A DNA stretch of 64,000 nt from an uncultured Desulfobacterales bacterium (GTDB lineage: Bacteria > Desulfobacterota > Desulfobacteria > Desulfobacterales > B30-G6): positions 46,137 to 110,136 of the forward strand of contig CAZWEO010000003.1 in assembly GCA_964633115.1 (NCBI GenBank), read 5' to 3'. Numbering within the stretch: position 1 is the stretch's first letter; each line of letters opens with the position of its first letter. Shown here in pieces: positions 1-9,400 of the stretch. The notes below the pieces were generated by a model that was given only the letters and a program-made list of their open reading frames with translations, was not told the origin of the DNA and did no database searches. The position numbers and the translations under genes are program-made.

Positions 1-2
1 CG

Positions 3-419
3 GTCCAAGAGTTGGCTCAATTCGAGTCAATTGTGAAAAGCGCCATGGGCTATAGCGAAGATAGAGAGGACCAGATATCGGTAAGTTCGATACCTTTTTC
101 TGATTCGACCTCCTTTGAAGATCAAGCCGGGGCATCGAAATTTGACATTTTGGAAATTTTAATCAATTCCAAGCAAATGCTTATCAATATCTTTTTAATG
201 GTTTTGGTTTTCTTCTTACTCATACGGCCCATGCTAAAAAGTCTGAAGAGAATGGCCTCGGAACCCATTTTTGAGAATCAACAACTACAACCGGCTGGCG
301 ATAGTCCGCAGCAGATTCCCGCTACGGACCCAAGGGGGCAACGAGAGCGGGTACTTGAAATGTCTAAAAGTAATCCGGAAAAAACTGAACAACTTATTAA
401 AAGCTGGATAGGTGAGTAA
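3..419 (+). CDS. fliF: Flagellar M-ring protein FliF, C-terminal fragment (5' end outside window)
   Basis: ORF open to window edge; TM stretch INIFLMVLVFFLLI then tail ...RERVLEMSKSNPEKTEQLIKSWIGE; directly 5' of fliG as in fliFGHIJ operons. Confidence 0.85.
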   Translation, partial: VQELAQFESIVKSAMGYSEDREDQISVSSIPFSDSTSFEDQAGASKFDILEILINSKQMLINIFLMVLVFFLLIRPMLKSLKRMASEPIFENQQLQPAGDSPQQIPATDPRGQRERVLEMSKSNPEKTEQLIKSWIGE

Positions 420-421
420 AT

Positions 422-1441
422 ATGCCCAACGCCAATCTCAATTACGATGATCTCAACGGCCTGCAAAAAGCTTCAATTATGCTCCTGGCCTTGGGAGAGG
501 AAGTTACCTCTTCCATCTTTCAAAAGTTAGATCAAAAAACCATCAAAGAAATCGGCAAACACATGTCCGATATTAGCTACATTCCGTCCAAGGTTTTAAA
601 TGCGGTTATGGATGAATTTCTCAAGTCATTTGACAATGATCAGAATTTGTGTGTTTCCGGAAAATCATTTCTGAAAGATGTTGTTAACAAAACACTGGAT
701 GAAAGTACGGCCCGAGAAGTTTGTAAGTCAATTGATAACGACAATAGCAGCGATCCCTTTGATGAACTGGCCTACCTGCCATCTCAGAATTTGGTCAACA
801 TGCTTCAAGAAGAACACCCGCAAACAATTGCATTAATATTATCACACCTTTCAAATGATAAGGCCGCCGAAGTGTTGTGTTTATTCCCGGATGATATCAA
901 GGCCAGTATTGCCTACCGAATTTTGTTGATCGGTGATGTCCAGGATGATGTGATTCGAGATCTGGAGGAACTTCTCAAAAAGGATTCAGCTAAAGTTGGA
1001 ACCAATGCGCGTAAATTTGATGGACTGGAGACCCTGGCCAATATCCTAAATGAAGTCGATGGCAATACCGAGGAAAATGTTCTGTCCTTTATTGAAACCG
1101 AAGACAACGAATTGGCCGACATGATCAGACAGAAAATGTTTGTATTCGAGGATTTGATCTCGGTTGATGACAAGAGCTTCCGGGAACTGTTGCAGAATGT
1201 TGAAAACGATATTGTGGTTAAGGCTTTAAAAACTGCCTCGGAGGAGATGCAGGAGAAAATATTCAAGAATCTTTCAGAGCGCGCTTCTGATATGCTGCGT
1301 GAAGACTTGGAAGTATTGGGGCCAGTGCGGTTGGCTGAGGTGGAAGAAAATCAACAGAAAATAATCAAGGTGGCCAAAAAACTGGAAGCCGACGGGCGCA
1401 TCGTGTTGGCCGGAAAGGGTAAGGATGATGTATTCGTCTAA
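422..1441 (+). CDS. fliG: Flagellar motor switch protein FliG
   Basis: 339 aa; LNGLQKASIMLLALGEE N-domain and C-terminal MLREDLEVLGPVRLAEVEENQQKIIKVAKKLE segment typical of FliG; 2-nt gap after fliF. Confidence 0.95.
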   Translation: MPNANLNYDDLNGLQKASIMLLALGEEVTSSIFQKLDQKTIKEIGKHMSDISYIPSKVLNAVMDEFLKSFDNDQNLCVSGKSFLKDVVNKTLDESTAREVCKSIDNDNSSDPFDELAYLPSQNLVNMLQEEHPQTIALILSHLSNDKAAEVLCLFPDDIKASIAYRILLIGDVQDDVIRDLEELLKKDSAKVGTNARKFDGLETLANILNEVDGNTEENVLSFIETEDNELADMIRQKMFVFEDLISVDDKSFRELLQNVENDIVVKALKTASEEMQEKIFKNLSERASDMLREDLEVLGPVRLAEVEENQQKIIKVAKKLEADGRIVLAGKGKDDVFV

Positions 1442-2165
1442 ACTGATATCTTCGGCAAGTATGGGCGCAGACGCATGGAAAACGTATGAAATGCAACCGC
1501 TGGAGTCCCATTCTGTGGAACCAACTGCGTTGTCCGCTGAGTTCATTTCGCTTCAGGTCGACGCGGATTGCACCTCAGACTTTGTGCCCTTATTTGACGA
1601 TTCGGACCAAGGCGGCGCAATAAGCGGCGGTACCCATCAAAATTTGCAGGACAAGTTGGCTCTGTTAGAAAAAGAAGCCTATGAAAAGGGTTTTGCCCAG
1701 GGTGAAAAGGATGGGCTTGAATTGGGAACCGCCAAAGCCGAAAAATTGAGTGGTAATCTTGAAAATCTTTTGGAGGAAATCACTCAGTTAAGATCAAAAA
1801 TCGGCAAGCAATATGAGCGTGAAATCATAGCACTCGTGTTTTCAATTGCCAAAACAATCATTCAGACCCAAGTTAATTTTAGTGAATCCCTTGTCAAAGA
1901 TACCATCCTTACAGCCTTGGAGCTGACAGCTGAAAAACGCGATATTACCATTAAAATTAATCCAGATGATTTTGAGTACGTAGAAAAAATTAGACCGGAG
2001 CTATTTTCAAAACAACCGGCCTTAAAAGCCCTGGTGGTTACGCCCGATGCTTCCATCGGTATGGGTGGATGCATGCTGGAGACACCGAGTGGAGACGTCG
2101 ATGCCCGAATTGAGACCCAATTAGACAATATGCTTCAATCCTTGAAAGAAGCTTTTGCCGGATAA
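1425..2165 (+). CDS. fliH: Flagellar export apparatus protein FliH
   Basis: 246 aa; EKEAYEKGFAQGEKDGLELG coiled-coil core typical of FliH/YscL; overlaps fliG stop and fliI start. Confidence 0.85.
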   Translation: MMYSSKLISSASMGADAWKTYEMQPLESHSVEPTALSAEFISLQVDADCTSDFVPLFDDSDQGGAISGGTHQNLQDKLALLEKEAYEKGFAQGEKDGLELGTAKAEKLSGNLENLLEEITQLRSKIGKQYEREIIALVFSIAKTIIQTQVNFSESLVKDTILTALELTAEKRDITIKINPDDFEYVEKIRPELFSKQPALKALVVTPDASIGMGGCMLETPSGDVDARIETQLDNMLQSLKEAFAG

Positions 2166-2169
2166 GCAC

Positions 2170-3501
2170 ATGACCATGTCGCCCGTAGAAATAGATTGGC
2201 AGAAATATACTGGTGCCGTTGAAAATTGCAGCCGCCTCGTCCAAGCGGGTAGCGTCACTAAAGTTTCCGGTATTGTCGCTGAAGCCAATGGTCCGGGATT
2301 GAGTATCGGCAGTCTGTGTACCATCCGCAATGACCAGGGCGAGGATATCGAAACCGAAGTTGTTGGATTTAAAGACAATCGTGTCATCGTGATGCCTTTG
2401 GGAGATTTGATCGGTGTTAAGCCCGGCAGTAAAATCATCCATAAAACCAACAAGGCAACTATCCCGGTGGGAGACGCTTTTTTGGGTCGGGTGATCGATG
2501 GTCTCGGATATCCATTGGATAGCCAGCCCCCCATTAAATCACACCTTGAATATCCGTTATATGGAAACCGACTCAATCCCTTAAAACGAAATATTATTGG
2601 TGATGTTTTAGATGTGGGCATAAAATCTATTAATGTTTTTAATACCATTGGTAAAGGTCAACGGATTGCCATCATGGCCGGTTCGGGTGTCGGCAAGTCG
2701 GTTTTAATGGGGATGATCGCTCGCAATACCAGCGCAGATGTCAGCATAATTGCCCTAATCGGAGAACGGGGACGCGAGGTACGAGAATTCGTCGAAAGAA
2801 ATCTGGGTACCGAAGGACTACGTAAATCGATTGTCGTGGTGGCCACCTCTGATATGCCGGCGTTGGTAAGAATTAGAGGCGCTTATACCGCCACCGCACT
2901 GGCCGAATATTTCCGGGATCAGGGTAAGGATGTACTTCTGATCATGGATTCCATCACACGTTATGCCATGTCTTTACGGGAAGTCGGACTGGCGGCTGGT
3001 GAACCGCCTTCTGCCAAGGGGTATACACCCAGTGTTTTCAACCAACTACCTAAAATTATGGAGCGCGCCGGAACCGTTGAGCAAAAAGGCAGTATTACCG
3101 GAATATATAATGTATTGGTTGAGGGTGATGATATGAATGAGCCCATCGCCGACGCCGTTCGGTCGATAGCCGACGGACACGTCATCCTCTCACGGGCTCT
3201 GGTCCATAAAGGCCATTATCCCGCAGTTGAACCCCTGGCCAGTATTAGTCGCGTTATGAATGACATTGTAGAACCCGATCATCTGGAAATCGCCAGGGAA
3301 TTTAAGCGAACGTTGTCAATTTATCGTGAGGCAGAAGATTTAATTAATATTGGCGCTTATGTGGATGGCAGTGACCCGGAGATAGATTACGCCAAAGGAA
3401 AAATTCATGAGATGAATACCTTCTTGCAGCAAGCGGTGGACGAACGTGTCTCTTTTGAAGATAGCCTGGTTCAATTCAAGCACCTTATGAACGAAAATTA
3501 A
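2170..3501 (+). CDS. fliI: Flagellum-specific ATPase FliI
   Basis: Walker A GSGVGKS, Walker B VLLIMDS, T3SS/F1-type ATPase; ATG 2170 chosen, ORF-track TTG 2155 also possible. Confidence 0.95.
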   Translation: MTMSPVEIDWQKYTGAVENCSRLVQAGSVTKVSGIVAEANGPGLSIGSLCTIRNDQGEDIETEVVGFKDNRVIVMPLGDLIGVKPGSKIIHKTNKATIPVGDAFLGRVIDGLGYPLDSQPPIKSHLEYPLYGNRLNPLKRNIIGDVLDVGIKSINVFNTIGKGQRIAIMAGSGVGKSVLMGMIARNTSADVSIIALIGERGREVREFVERNLGTEGLRKSIVVVATSDMPALVRIRGAYTATALAEYFRDQGKDVLLIMDSITRYAMSLREVGLAAGEPPSAKGYTPSVFNQLPKIMERAGTVEQKGSITGIYNVLVEGDDMNEPIADAVRSIADGHVILSRALVHKGHYPAVEPLASISRVMNDIVEPDHLEIAREFKRTLSIYREAEDLINIGAYVDGSDPEIDYAKGKIHEMNTFLQQAVDERVSFEDSLVQFKHLMNEN

Positions 3502-3502
3502 A

Positions 3503-3946
3503 ATGCGACGTTTTAAATACCGATTGGAGAGTGTATTGCAATATAGACGTTTTTTGGAAAAAAGTGCCATGCTGCAATTAGCTCATCTGAAGCGAGGGTA
3601 CGGCACCATCGAAAATCGAATTGGGCGGCTGAATTTTAAACGCAGGCAGGTGGCAACAAAATGCCGTAGTGAAGGCTTGCAAGGAATCGATGTGGCTAAC
3701 TACGAATCCTATCAGAGCTATTTACAAAAATTAAAAATTGATCTGGATGAGGCCGCTGCAGAACTTAAGCAAAAAGAGGCCGCCATTCACAGTCAAAAAT
3801 CATTTCTTAAATCAGAGACCATCAAAAGAAAAGCTTTGGAAACGCACAAAGAAAATCGTTTGAGGGCTCATCGCGAACTAAACGAAAAAGAAGAACAAAA
3901 GTTTTTAGATGAACTGGTTATTGGTCGACAGGAGGTGAAGGTTTGA
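3503..3946 (+). CDS. fliJ: Flagellar export chaperone-like protein FliJ
   Basis: 147 aa all coiled-coil, N-terminus MRRFKYRLESVLQYRRFLE, position right after fliI. Confidence 0.75.
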   Translation: MRRFKYRLESVLQYRRFLEKSAMLQLAHLKRGYGTIENRIGRLNFKRRQVATKCRSEGLQGIDVANYESYQSYLQKLKIDLDEAAAELKQKEAAIHSQKSFLKSETIKRKALETHKENRLRAHRELNEKEEQKFLDELVIGRQEVKV

Positions 3947-4506
3947 AATCACGGACACAGCTTTTAATAGCCGCTTTGGTATTTATAAAAATTTTGATAT
4001 GTGTCGTTTTCATATTTCAGTTGAATTTGGGCGCTTTATTCTCGGGGAGTGACGCAATTGCGTCTGAAAGCAAAACCCAACTTGCAACAGCGCCATCAGG
4101 CCCACAGAACAGTTCCGATGATGAGACCATTAGCCTTGAGTTTCTGGTGGCAAAAATGGATCGTCTCAAAGCCAAAGAAAAAGAACTGCAATTACGCGAA
4201 GCCGAGCTGGCGGCATTTCAACGCGAACTGGACCAGAAAATTCAAAAACTGACCGAGCTGCGCAATGAGATCAAGTCCGAAATGGATCGCAAGGAAGGCA
4301 TCCAGCGCAAAAAGAGCAAACATTTGATCAAGGTATATGCCGCCATGAAGCCCCAAAGTGCAGCTGGACTGATTGAAAGACTTGACAAACATATGGCCGT
4401 CGAATTGCTGGCTCAGATGAAAGGTGAAGCCGTCGGGCAAATTCTCACTTATGTAGATAAAGACAAAGCAGCCAGATTGATTGAAGGTCTCGCCAGAAGA
4501 GAGTGA
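3943..4506 (+). CDS. MotE-family / MgtE_N-domain flagellar protein (COG3334-like)
   Basis: 187 aa; N-terminal TM, coiled coil, C-terminal AMKPQSAAGLIERLDKHMAVELLAQMKGEAVGQIL (MgtE_N/FliG-like); TTG start overlapping fliJ stop. Confidence 0.7.
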   Translation: MKSRTQLLIAALVFIKILICVVFIFQLNLGALFSGSDAIASESKTQLATAPSGPQNSSDDETISLEFLVAKMDRLKAKEKELQLREAELAAFQRELDQKIQKLTELRNEIKSEMDRKEGIQRKKSKHLIKVYAAMKPQSAAGLIERLDKHMAVELLAQMKGEAVGQILTYVDKDKAARLIEGLARRE

Positions 4507-4570
4507 AGCACGCAGACCTTTTTTAAGGTTGCAATTTAATTAATTCAAATTTGGTTTATTTTCCAAAACA

Positions 4571-4608
4571 AACCCCTAAGCGAAATTTCGCTTAGGGGTT
4601 TGTTGTTT
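4571..4608. terminator. Bidirectional rho-independent terminator
   Basis: Perfect 30-nt palindrome aacccctaagcgaaa/tttcgcttaggggtt (4571-4600) with A-rich 5' flank and T-rich 3' flank, between convergent genes. Confidence 0.8.
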
Positions 4609-4654
4609 CAGTAATAATAGTATTCTTAAAACGGATGATCCAGATTTTTTAGAT

Positions 4655-4846
4655 CTAAGCGTAGATATCGAGGAGAGAGCCCTTTTCACCGGGCAGGACA
4701 TTTTTAGGATGGCGTTTTTCTAAAAATTTAAGCGTGGCTTCATCCTTCTGGGGATGCTGACGGCCGGTGGTATTTTTAGCTACGGCAGTTTCATTGGAGG
4801 GTCTCACCACCGTCAGAGCTTTATTATTTCTGATCTGATCAATCAT
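4655..4846 (-). CDS. Small hypothetical protein (63 aa), convergent with fliF operon
   Basis: Only ORF in a 680-nt gap, ends 55 nt from the shared terminator; no recognisable domain; C-terminus LPGEKGSLLDIYA resembles C-terminus of ORF 23072..23380. Confidence 0.35.
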   Translation of the reverse strand: MIDQIRNNKALTVVRPSNETAVAKNTTGRQHPQKDEATLKFLEKRHPKNVLPGEKGSLLDIYA

Positions 4847-5124
4847 GGATATCAGGTTTGTTGTGGTATCGGCTGCCGCTGTGTTGCGGGTATCGCCGCT
4901 GTGGATTTCATCTGCTTGGCACTTTATACTATTCTTTTAAATGATAATTAAAACATATCTTTCTGATAAAATCAAGGTCCTTTTCCAGGACCGGAAAAAT
5001 TTTCCGACTCTTTATCATAAGTAGGTAAAAACTAACCAGTTCATAGTTGGACGTCAAGTTTTCCTGGATCACTTATATCCATAACATTCTGAAATTATAT
5101 TAAATATAAAAAAATGGCACAAGT

Positions 5125-5140
5125 TGGTACAGCGATTGCT
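5125..5140 (+). promoter_or_regulatory. Sigma-54 (-24/-12) promoter for fliK-flgD-flgE
   Basis: TGGTAC-agcga-TTGCT, GG and GC at canonical spacing (as in TGGCAC-N5-TTGC); 50 nt upstream of ATG 5190. Confidence 0.7.
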
Positions 5141-5189
5141 AATAGAGAAAGTGATTCGAACTCAAGCCACGAAAGCAAAAGGTTATAAT

Positions 5190-6983
5190 ATGCACATCAA
5201 TCTTGCTTCTCTTTTAACAGGTCATAATATCGGAAGCGGTCGTAAACCGACGTTTGCAGGCAATCCACGCGGTGATTTCTTGGCTATGATTGGCAGGTCT
5301 AAACCCACCGGCAATAAAGCGCCGTTTTTGTTACAACGACAGACGTTCCTGGCCAACCAGCCTGCAAATACCAAAACAAGTGCAGATTTTTTAGAGGCCT
5401 TTCGATCTGGTTTATTATCTAAGGGGAAGCCATTCGATCAGGTCTATTTGGACCCGCAGGAATTATCTCTTTTAGGAAAACTAATGCAACATTGTGGGTA
5501 CAGCCCCAACAGTATTGCTGACAGTTTGCAAAGTTTACGGGCAAGCGGTCGTGGCGGCAAAATAAAAATTTCGCAAATTTTTACACAATTGGAGCAAATT
5601 CCATCTCCCCAGGATAGCCACAGCATTCCGGTGGTACTCAGTTCAGAGGCCGTCCCGTATTTAGATTCAGTGCTACGTGAATTCGGTCTTAGCCCCAATG
5701 CCGTCAGTACGGTGCTGAATAACGGACGTGCGCCCCAAGGTGATCTGGATTTTGAAACTGTAATCAAGGCCATCGAAACTGCCGCCAACCCGGGAACCCG
5801 TGGTTTTCCCGGTATTGTTGATTTACAAAAATCGCAGACCATCGTAACGGATCTACAACGCTTGGCCATCCAGGTGCCGGCTGCTAAAAAGACAGGTTTT
5901 GTGCATATTGAAGATTTCGTTACTTCGCTTAAGCGCCTGGCGCACATCGTTACCAATGCAGCCCAGACAGCCGGCGAAACCGGAACAATTCAAATTACTC
6001 CCGAGATTCTCAAAAGCTTAAATATTAAGATGCCGCAGACTGGTGGTCATGCCACCACCCTGGGAAACAATGATTATCACCCTGTAGTTGCCGGCCTGAA
6101 GCACGGTGAACCGGCAATCCCTGCGGAAGTACAAACAGTAATTAATCGGCTGCTAGAGCAGGTTGGGGGCACCCAGGAAAAACCAGAATCTCTGACAGCG
6201 ATTATCAGTGATTCAAAAATTCAATTTGATGATCCGGTCAGCAAGCAGCTGCAAGCCGACCGCGCGCTGGCTCAGCAGGCCGCCTCAGAATACCAGCAGC
6301 CAAAGAATCAGCCACAGATGCTGGACTTGGAAGGACAGAAAATTTCAGATCCGGAACAAATCGGCAAACTAAATCTTGGCGCCGAAACAATTGTTGCTAA
6401 ACAGAGTGTCGAGAAGACTCAGATGGAATTTTTGGAAGTGAAACCTAATGTTAAAACCGTTGATATTCACCCGGACCCGCTGGAACATCGCCGATTGGAA
6501 AGCTTGGTTTCAGGAGCTCAGAAGAATCAAAAGCCGAGTACGCCCTTGCCAAATTATCTGCTGGATCAAATGGGAAGACAGATTGCGAAGGCCATCAATC
6601 GGGGGGATGGCGTAATCCGATTTCAATTGAAACCACCAGAAATGGGTATTGTCAAACTCGAGATGCAACTAAGTGATAATCACCTCAGCTTGTCGGTAGC
6701 GGCCGAGAATAGTACCGTCAAAGAGCTTTTGCTCAGCAATATTCAGGAACTGAGAGAAACACTTCAAACGCAGGGTATCAAAATCGACAAACTGGATATT
6801 CAACTTAACAACGATTTCAATCAATCGTTGGCCAATTTCCAAGAAGGGCAGCATAAAGAATCCAAAGCTAAATCTGGCGACGGTGTGCGCGAAGATTTTG
6901 TTAACAACGATGAATCTGTCGATGGCGGCGTTCATAACCGGGCTTCACCCCGAAGCGATTCCACCATCGAGCTGGTAGCCTAA
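5190..6983 (+). CDS. fliK: Flagellar hook-length control protein FliK
   Basis: C-terminal Flg_hook-type domain IRFQLKPPEMGIVKLEMQLSDNHLSLSVAAENSTVKELLLSNIQELRETLQTQGIKIDKLDIQL; Q/P-rich middle; start moved from TTG 5124 because the sigma-54 promoter lies inside that extension. Confidence 0.85.
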   Translation: MHINLASLLTGHNIGSGRKPTFAGNPRGDFLAMIGRSKPTGNKAPFLLQRQTFLANQPANTKTSADFLEAFRSGLLSKGKPFDQVYLDPQELSLLGKLMQHCGYSPNSIADSLQSLRASGRGGKIKISQIFTQLEQIPSPQDSHSIPVVLSSEAVPYLDSVLREFGLSPNAVSTVLNNGRAPQGDLDFETVIKAIETAANPGTRGFPGIVDLQKSQTIVTDLQRLAIQVPAAKKTGFVHIEDFVTSLKRLAHIVTNAAQTAGETGTIQITPEILKSLNIKMPQTGGHATTLGNNDYHPVVAGLKHGEPAIPAEVQTVINRLLEQVGGTQEKPESLTAIISDSKIQFDDPVSKQLQADRALAQQAASEYQQPKNQPQMLDLEGQKISDPEQIGKLNLGAETIVAKQSVEKTQMEFLEVKPNVKTVDIHPDPLEHRRLESLVSGAQKNQKPSTPLPNYLLDQMGRQIAKAINRGDGVIRFQLKPPEMGIVKLEMQLSDNHLSLSVAAENSTVKELLLSNIQELRETLQTQGIKIDKLDIQLNNDFNQSLANFQEGQHKESKAKSGDGVREDFVNNDESVDGGVHNRASPRSDSTIELVA

Positions 6984-7014
6984 TCTCACCTAGGATGCAG
7001 AAAGGATAAGCACA

Positions 7015-7701
7015 ATGACAATCAATACAATCAATAATTATTTAGGTTCGTCGGTTCGGGCCGACAATACACCTGCACATCAAGCGTCGGAATCAGATGC
7101 ACTGGGGCGCGATCAGTTTCTGACCCTGCTGGTTGCTCAGTTGCAGCACCAGGATCCCCTGAATCCCCTTGAGAGTCAGGACTTTACCGCTCAAATGGCA
7201 CAGTTCAGCAGCCTGGAACAGCTGTTTGGTGTGAACGAAGCACTCATGAATATCCAGAACGGCATGCAGGCTAGCCAAAAGGAGAGTGCCCTTGATTATG
7301 TGGGCATGGAGGTCAAAGCCGCCGGCAATACGCTTTATAAAAGCGGTGATAACTTAGATCAAGCCAGTTACCATCTGGACAAAGCCGGCGATGCCGTTGT
7401 TACCATCTATGACAGCAACGGTTTCCAAGTCCGCCAAATTCAGGCGGATTTTCAGGAATCGGGCGAACACGATCTGGTGTGGGACGGCCGCGATGAAAAC
7501 GGCAATGTCATGGCTGACGGTATCTATACCTATGAGGTCACGGCCATCGATGCCGATGGATACGACGTGGCCACCACAACCTATTCCAAAGGTGAAGTCA
7601 CCGGTGTTAGCAGCCAGTATGGCCAGACGTATTTAATTGTCGGGGAACGCCTATTGGAACCTGACAGTGTATTGGAAGCATTAAAAATAGAAGACAATTA
7701 G
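7015..7701 (+). CDS. flgD: Flagellar hook assembly/capping protein FlgD
   Basis: DQFLTLLVAQLQHQDPLNPLESQDFTAQMAQFSSLEQL signature plus FlgD Ig-like C-terminus. Confidence 0.95.
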   Translation: MTINTINNYLGSSVRADNTPAHQASESDALGRDQFLTLLVAQLQHQDPLNPLESQDFTAQMAQFSSLEQLFGVNEALMNIQNGMQASQKESALDYVGMEVKAAGNTLYKSGDNLDQASYHLDKAGDAVVTIYDSNGFQVRQIQADFQESGEHDLVWDGRDENGNVMADGIYTYEVTAIDADGYDVATTTYSKGEVTGVSSQYGQTYLIVGERLLEPDSVLEALKIEDN

Positions 7702-7712
7702 GGAGGAAAAAA

Positions 7713-9152
7713 ATGTCACTATCAAGTTCATTATTTTCAGGAATTAGCGGTTTGAACGCCTTCGGTAATGCCATGACGGTTATTGGCGATAATATCGCCA
7801 ACGTCAATACGGTGGGCTTCAAAGGTAGCCGGGTTACGTTTCAGGATGTCCTGAGTCAATCAGTCGCAACCACTGCCGGTACAGCCCAGGTGGGTCGCGG
7901 GACCTCCCTGGCGGATATTTCCAGCAGCTTCTCTCAAGGCTCCTTCGAGTCCACCGACTCATCCACAGACTTGGCCATCGGCGGGGCCGGATTTTTTGTG
8001 GTACGTGATCCCAACAATGCCAACAATGAATTTTATAGCCGTGCCGGTGAATTCAGATTTGACAAAGACGGCAATTTCATCAATCCAGCCGGATATATCG
8101 TCCGCGGATGGGAGTTGGATGAAGTCACCGGTGAAGATTTAGGAACCATCACGGATATTACCCTGTCGTCTTTTACATCTTCGCCATCTGATACCGATAA
8201 TCTTTCCATGATCATCAATCTGGATTCAGATGCTACCAATAATTCCACCGGATCCAATACCGCCCTTTCCGCCCGGTGGGATGGAGACAACGCCGCTGGT
8301 GACTACTTGGGTGCCGGTGACTTTGAGTATCAGACAACCCTGAAGGCATATGATTCCCTGGGAAGTACCCATGATATCACCATCTACTTTGACCCGGGTG
8401 AAACCGCAGCCGACCCGGTCTGGGAGTATATCGTTACTACTAATCCCACTGAGGATAGTCGTACCATCACAGATGCGGATCATACCGGATTGTTGGCGCG
8501 CGGCACGGTGGAGTTCAACAGCTCTTCCGGTCAAATCTCTGGCGCCGCCAACAGTATCACCTGCTCGTTAAACAATGGGGACGGCACCTGGACCGATCTG
8601 ACCAATGCCGATGCCACCGTCAATGGCGGCTATTTTGCGATAACGCCTGATTTTATCGGCGGAAGCCCCATGAACGTCGAGCTTGATTTTGGAACACGCT
8701 TCAATGGCAGTGTCTGGGCCAACGATTCCTTATCCACCACCCAGTTCGCCTCGGCATCCACAACCGTTTTTCAATCGGCAAACGGCTATGGCGCCGGGGA
8801 CCTGCAGTCCATCACCGTGGCAACCGACGGGGTCATCACCGGACAATACTCCAACGGACAGGTTCTGCCGCTCTACCGGGTGGCATTGGCCAATTTTCAG
8901 AATGAACAAGGTTTGTACAAGGTCGGTAGTAACTTATATCGGGAGACGCGCCTCAGTGGCGACCCCATCACCGGTAGACCCGGCTCCAACGGTTTGGGCA
9001 ACATCTCGCCCAATTCATTGGAGCAATCCAACATCGATTTGGCGACCGAATTTGTCAAGATGATTACGACCCAACGCGGATTTCAGGCCAATTCCAAGAT
9101 TATTACCGTGACCGACCAGATGCTGAACGAGTTGATTCAACTGAAACGATAA
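7713..9152 (+). CDS. flgE: Flagellar hook protein FlgE
   Basis: N-terminal DNIANVNTVGFKGSR and C-terminal LEQSNIDLATEFVKMITTQRGFQANSKIITVTDQML axial-protein motifs; 479 aa. Confidence 0.95.
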   Translation: MSLSSSLFSGISGLNAFGNAMTVIGDNIANVNTVGFKGSRVTFQDVLSQSVATTAGTAQVGRGTSLADISSSFSQGSFESTDSSTDLAIGGAGFFVVRDPNNANNEFYSRAGEFRFDKDGNFINPAGYIVRGWELDEVTGEDLGTITDITLSSFTSSPSDTDNLSMIINLDSDATNNSTGSNTALSARWDGDNAAGDYLGAGDFEYQTTLKAYDSLGSTHDITIYFDPGETAADPVWEYIVTTNPTEDSRTITDADHTGLLARGTVEFNSSSGQISGAANSITCSLNNGDGTWTDLTNADATVNGGYFAITPDFIGGSPMNVELDFGTRFNGSVWANDSLSTTQFASASTTVFQSANGYGAGDLQSITVATDGVITGQYSNGQVLPLYRVALANFQNEQGLYKVGSNLYRETRLSGDPITGRPGSNGLGNISPNSLEQSNIDLATEFVKMITTQRGFQANSKIITVTDQMLNELIQLKR

Positions 9153-9224
9153 TTTACTTATAAATAGATGATGCAACTCGGCTGGGGACACTGGGTGACC
9201 TCAGTCGGGTTAAAAACGAATGCT

Positions 9225-9317
9225 GAATATTGAATATGGAATATAGAATGTTGAAGTGCACAGACGGCGAAAAGCAAACTTCGACATTCAAAATTCTGTA
9301 ATCAATATTCGATATTC
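9225..9317. repeat. Long imperfect AT-rich inverted repeat
   Basis: gaatattgaatatggaatatagaatgttgaagt ... acttcgacattcaaaattctgtaatcaatattcgatattc; arms share gaatat-gaatat, agaat, tgaa, gaagt blocks around a 20-nt loop. Confidence 0.6.
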
Positions 9318-9400
9318 TGCTTTAGGATTTAAATTTGAAATCCCCGCTGCTTGCAGCGTGGGATGAATTCAAATTATGGATTAAGATCCTTTTTTTTGCG

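Noticed and set aside
913-1266. Antisense ORFs nested in flagellar genes (for example 913-1266, 2121-2648, 8226-8534, 16040-16594, 28844-29533, 31698-32021)
   Set aside because: They lie entirely opposite strongly recognisable genes, have low-complexity or Ser/Arg/Cys-rich composition and show no RBS context. They are typical shadow ORFs.
4866-4873. GCCGATAC (minus strand) as a sigma-28 -10 for the small ORF 4655-4846
   Set aside because: There is no TAAA-like -35 at the required 15-nt distance, and the element is only about 20 nt from the ATG.
4754-4951. 65-aa + strand ORF overlapping the small minus-strand ORF
   Set aside because: It has a Cys/Gly/Ile-rich composition, no RBS and no terminator. 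It is less plausible than the minus-strand ORF, which itself is low confidence.
5115-5120. TGGCAC box as the -24 element of a sigma-54 promoter (likewise TGGCAA at 9876)
   Set aside because: With this box as -24, the -12 position reads ggta (fliK) or has GC one nt too close (motA). Sigma-54 promoters do not tolerate spacing changes. The boxes 10 bp downstream fit perfectly, so these are treated as decoys.
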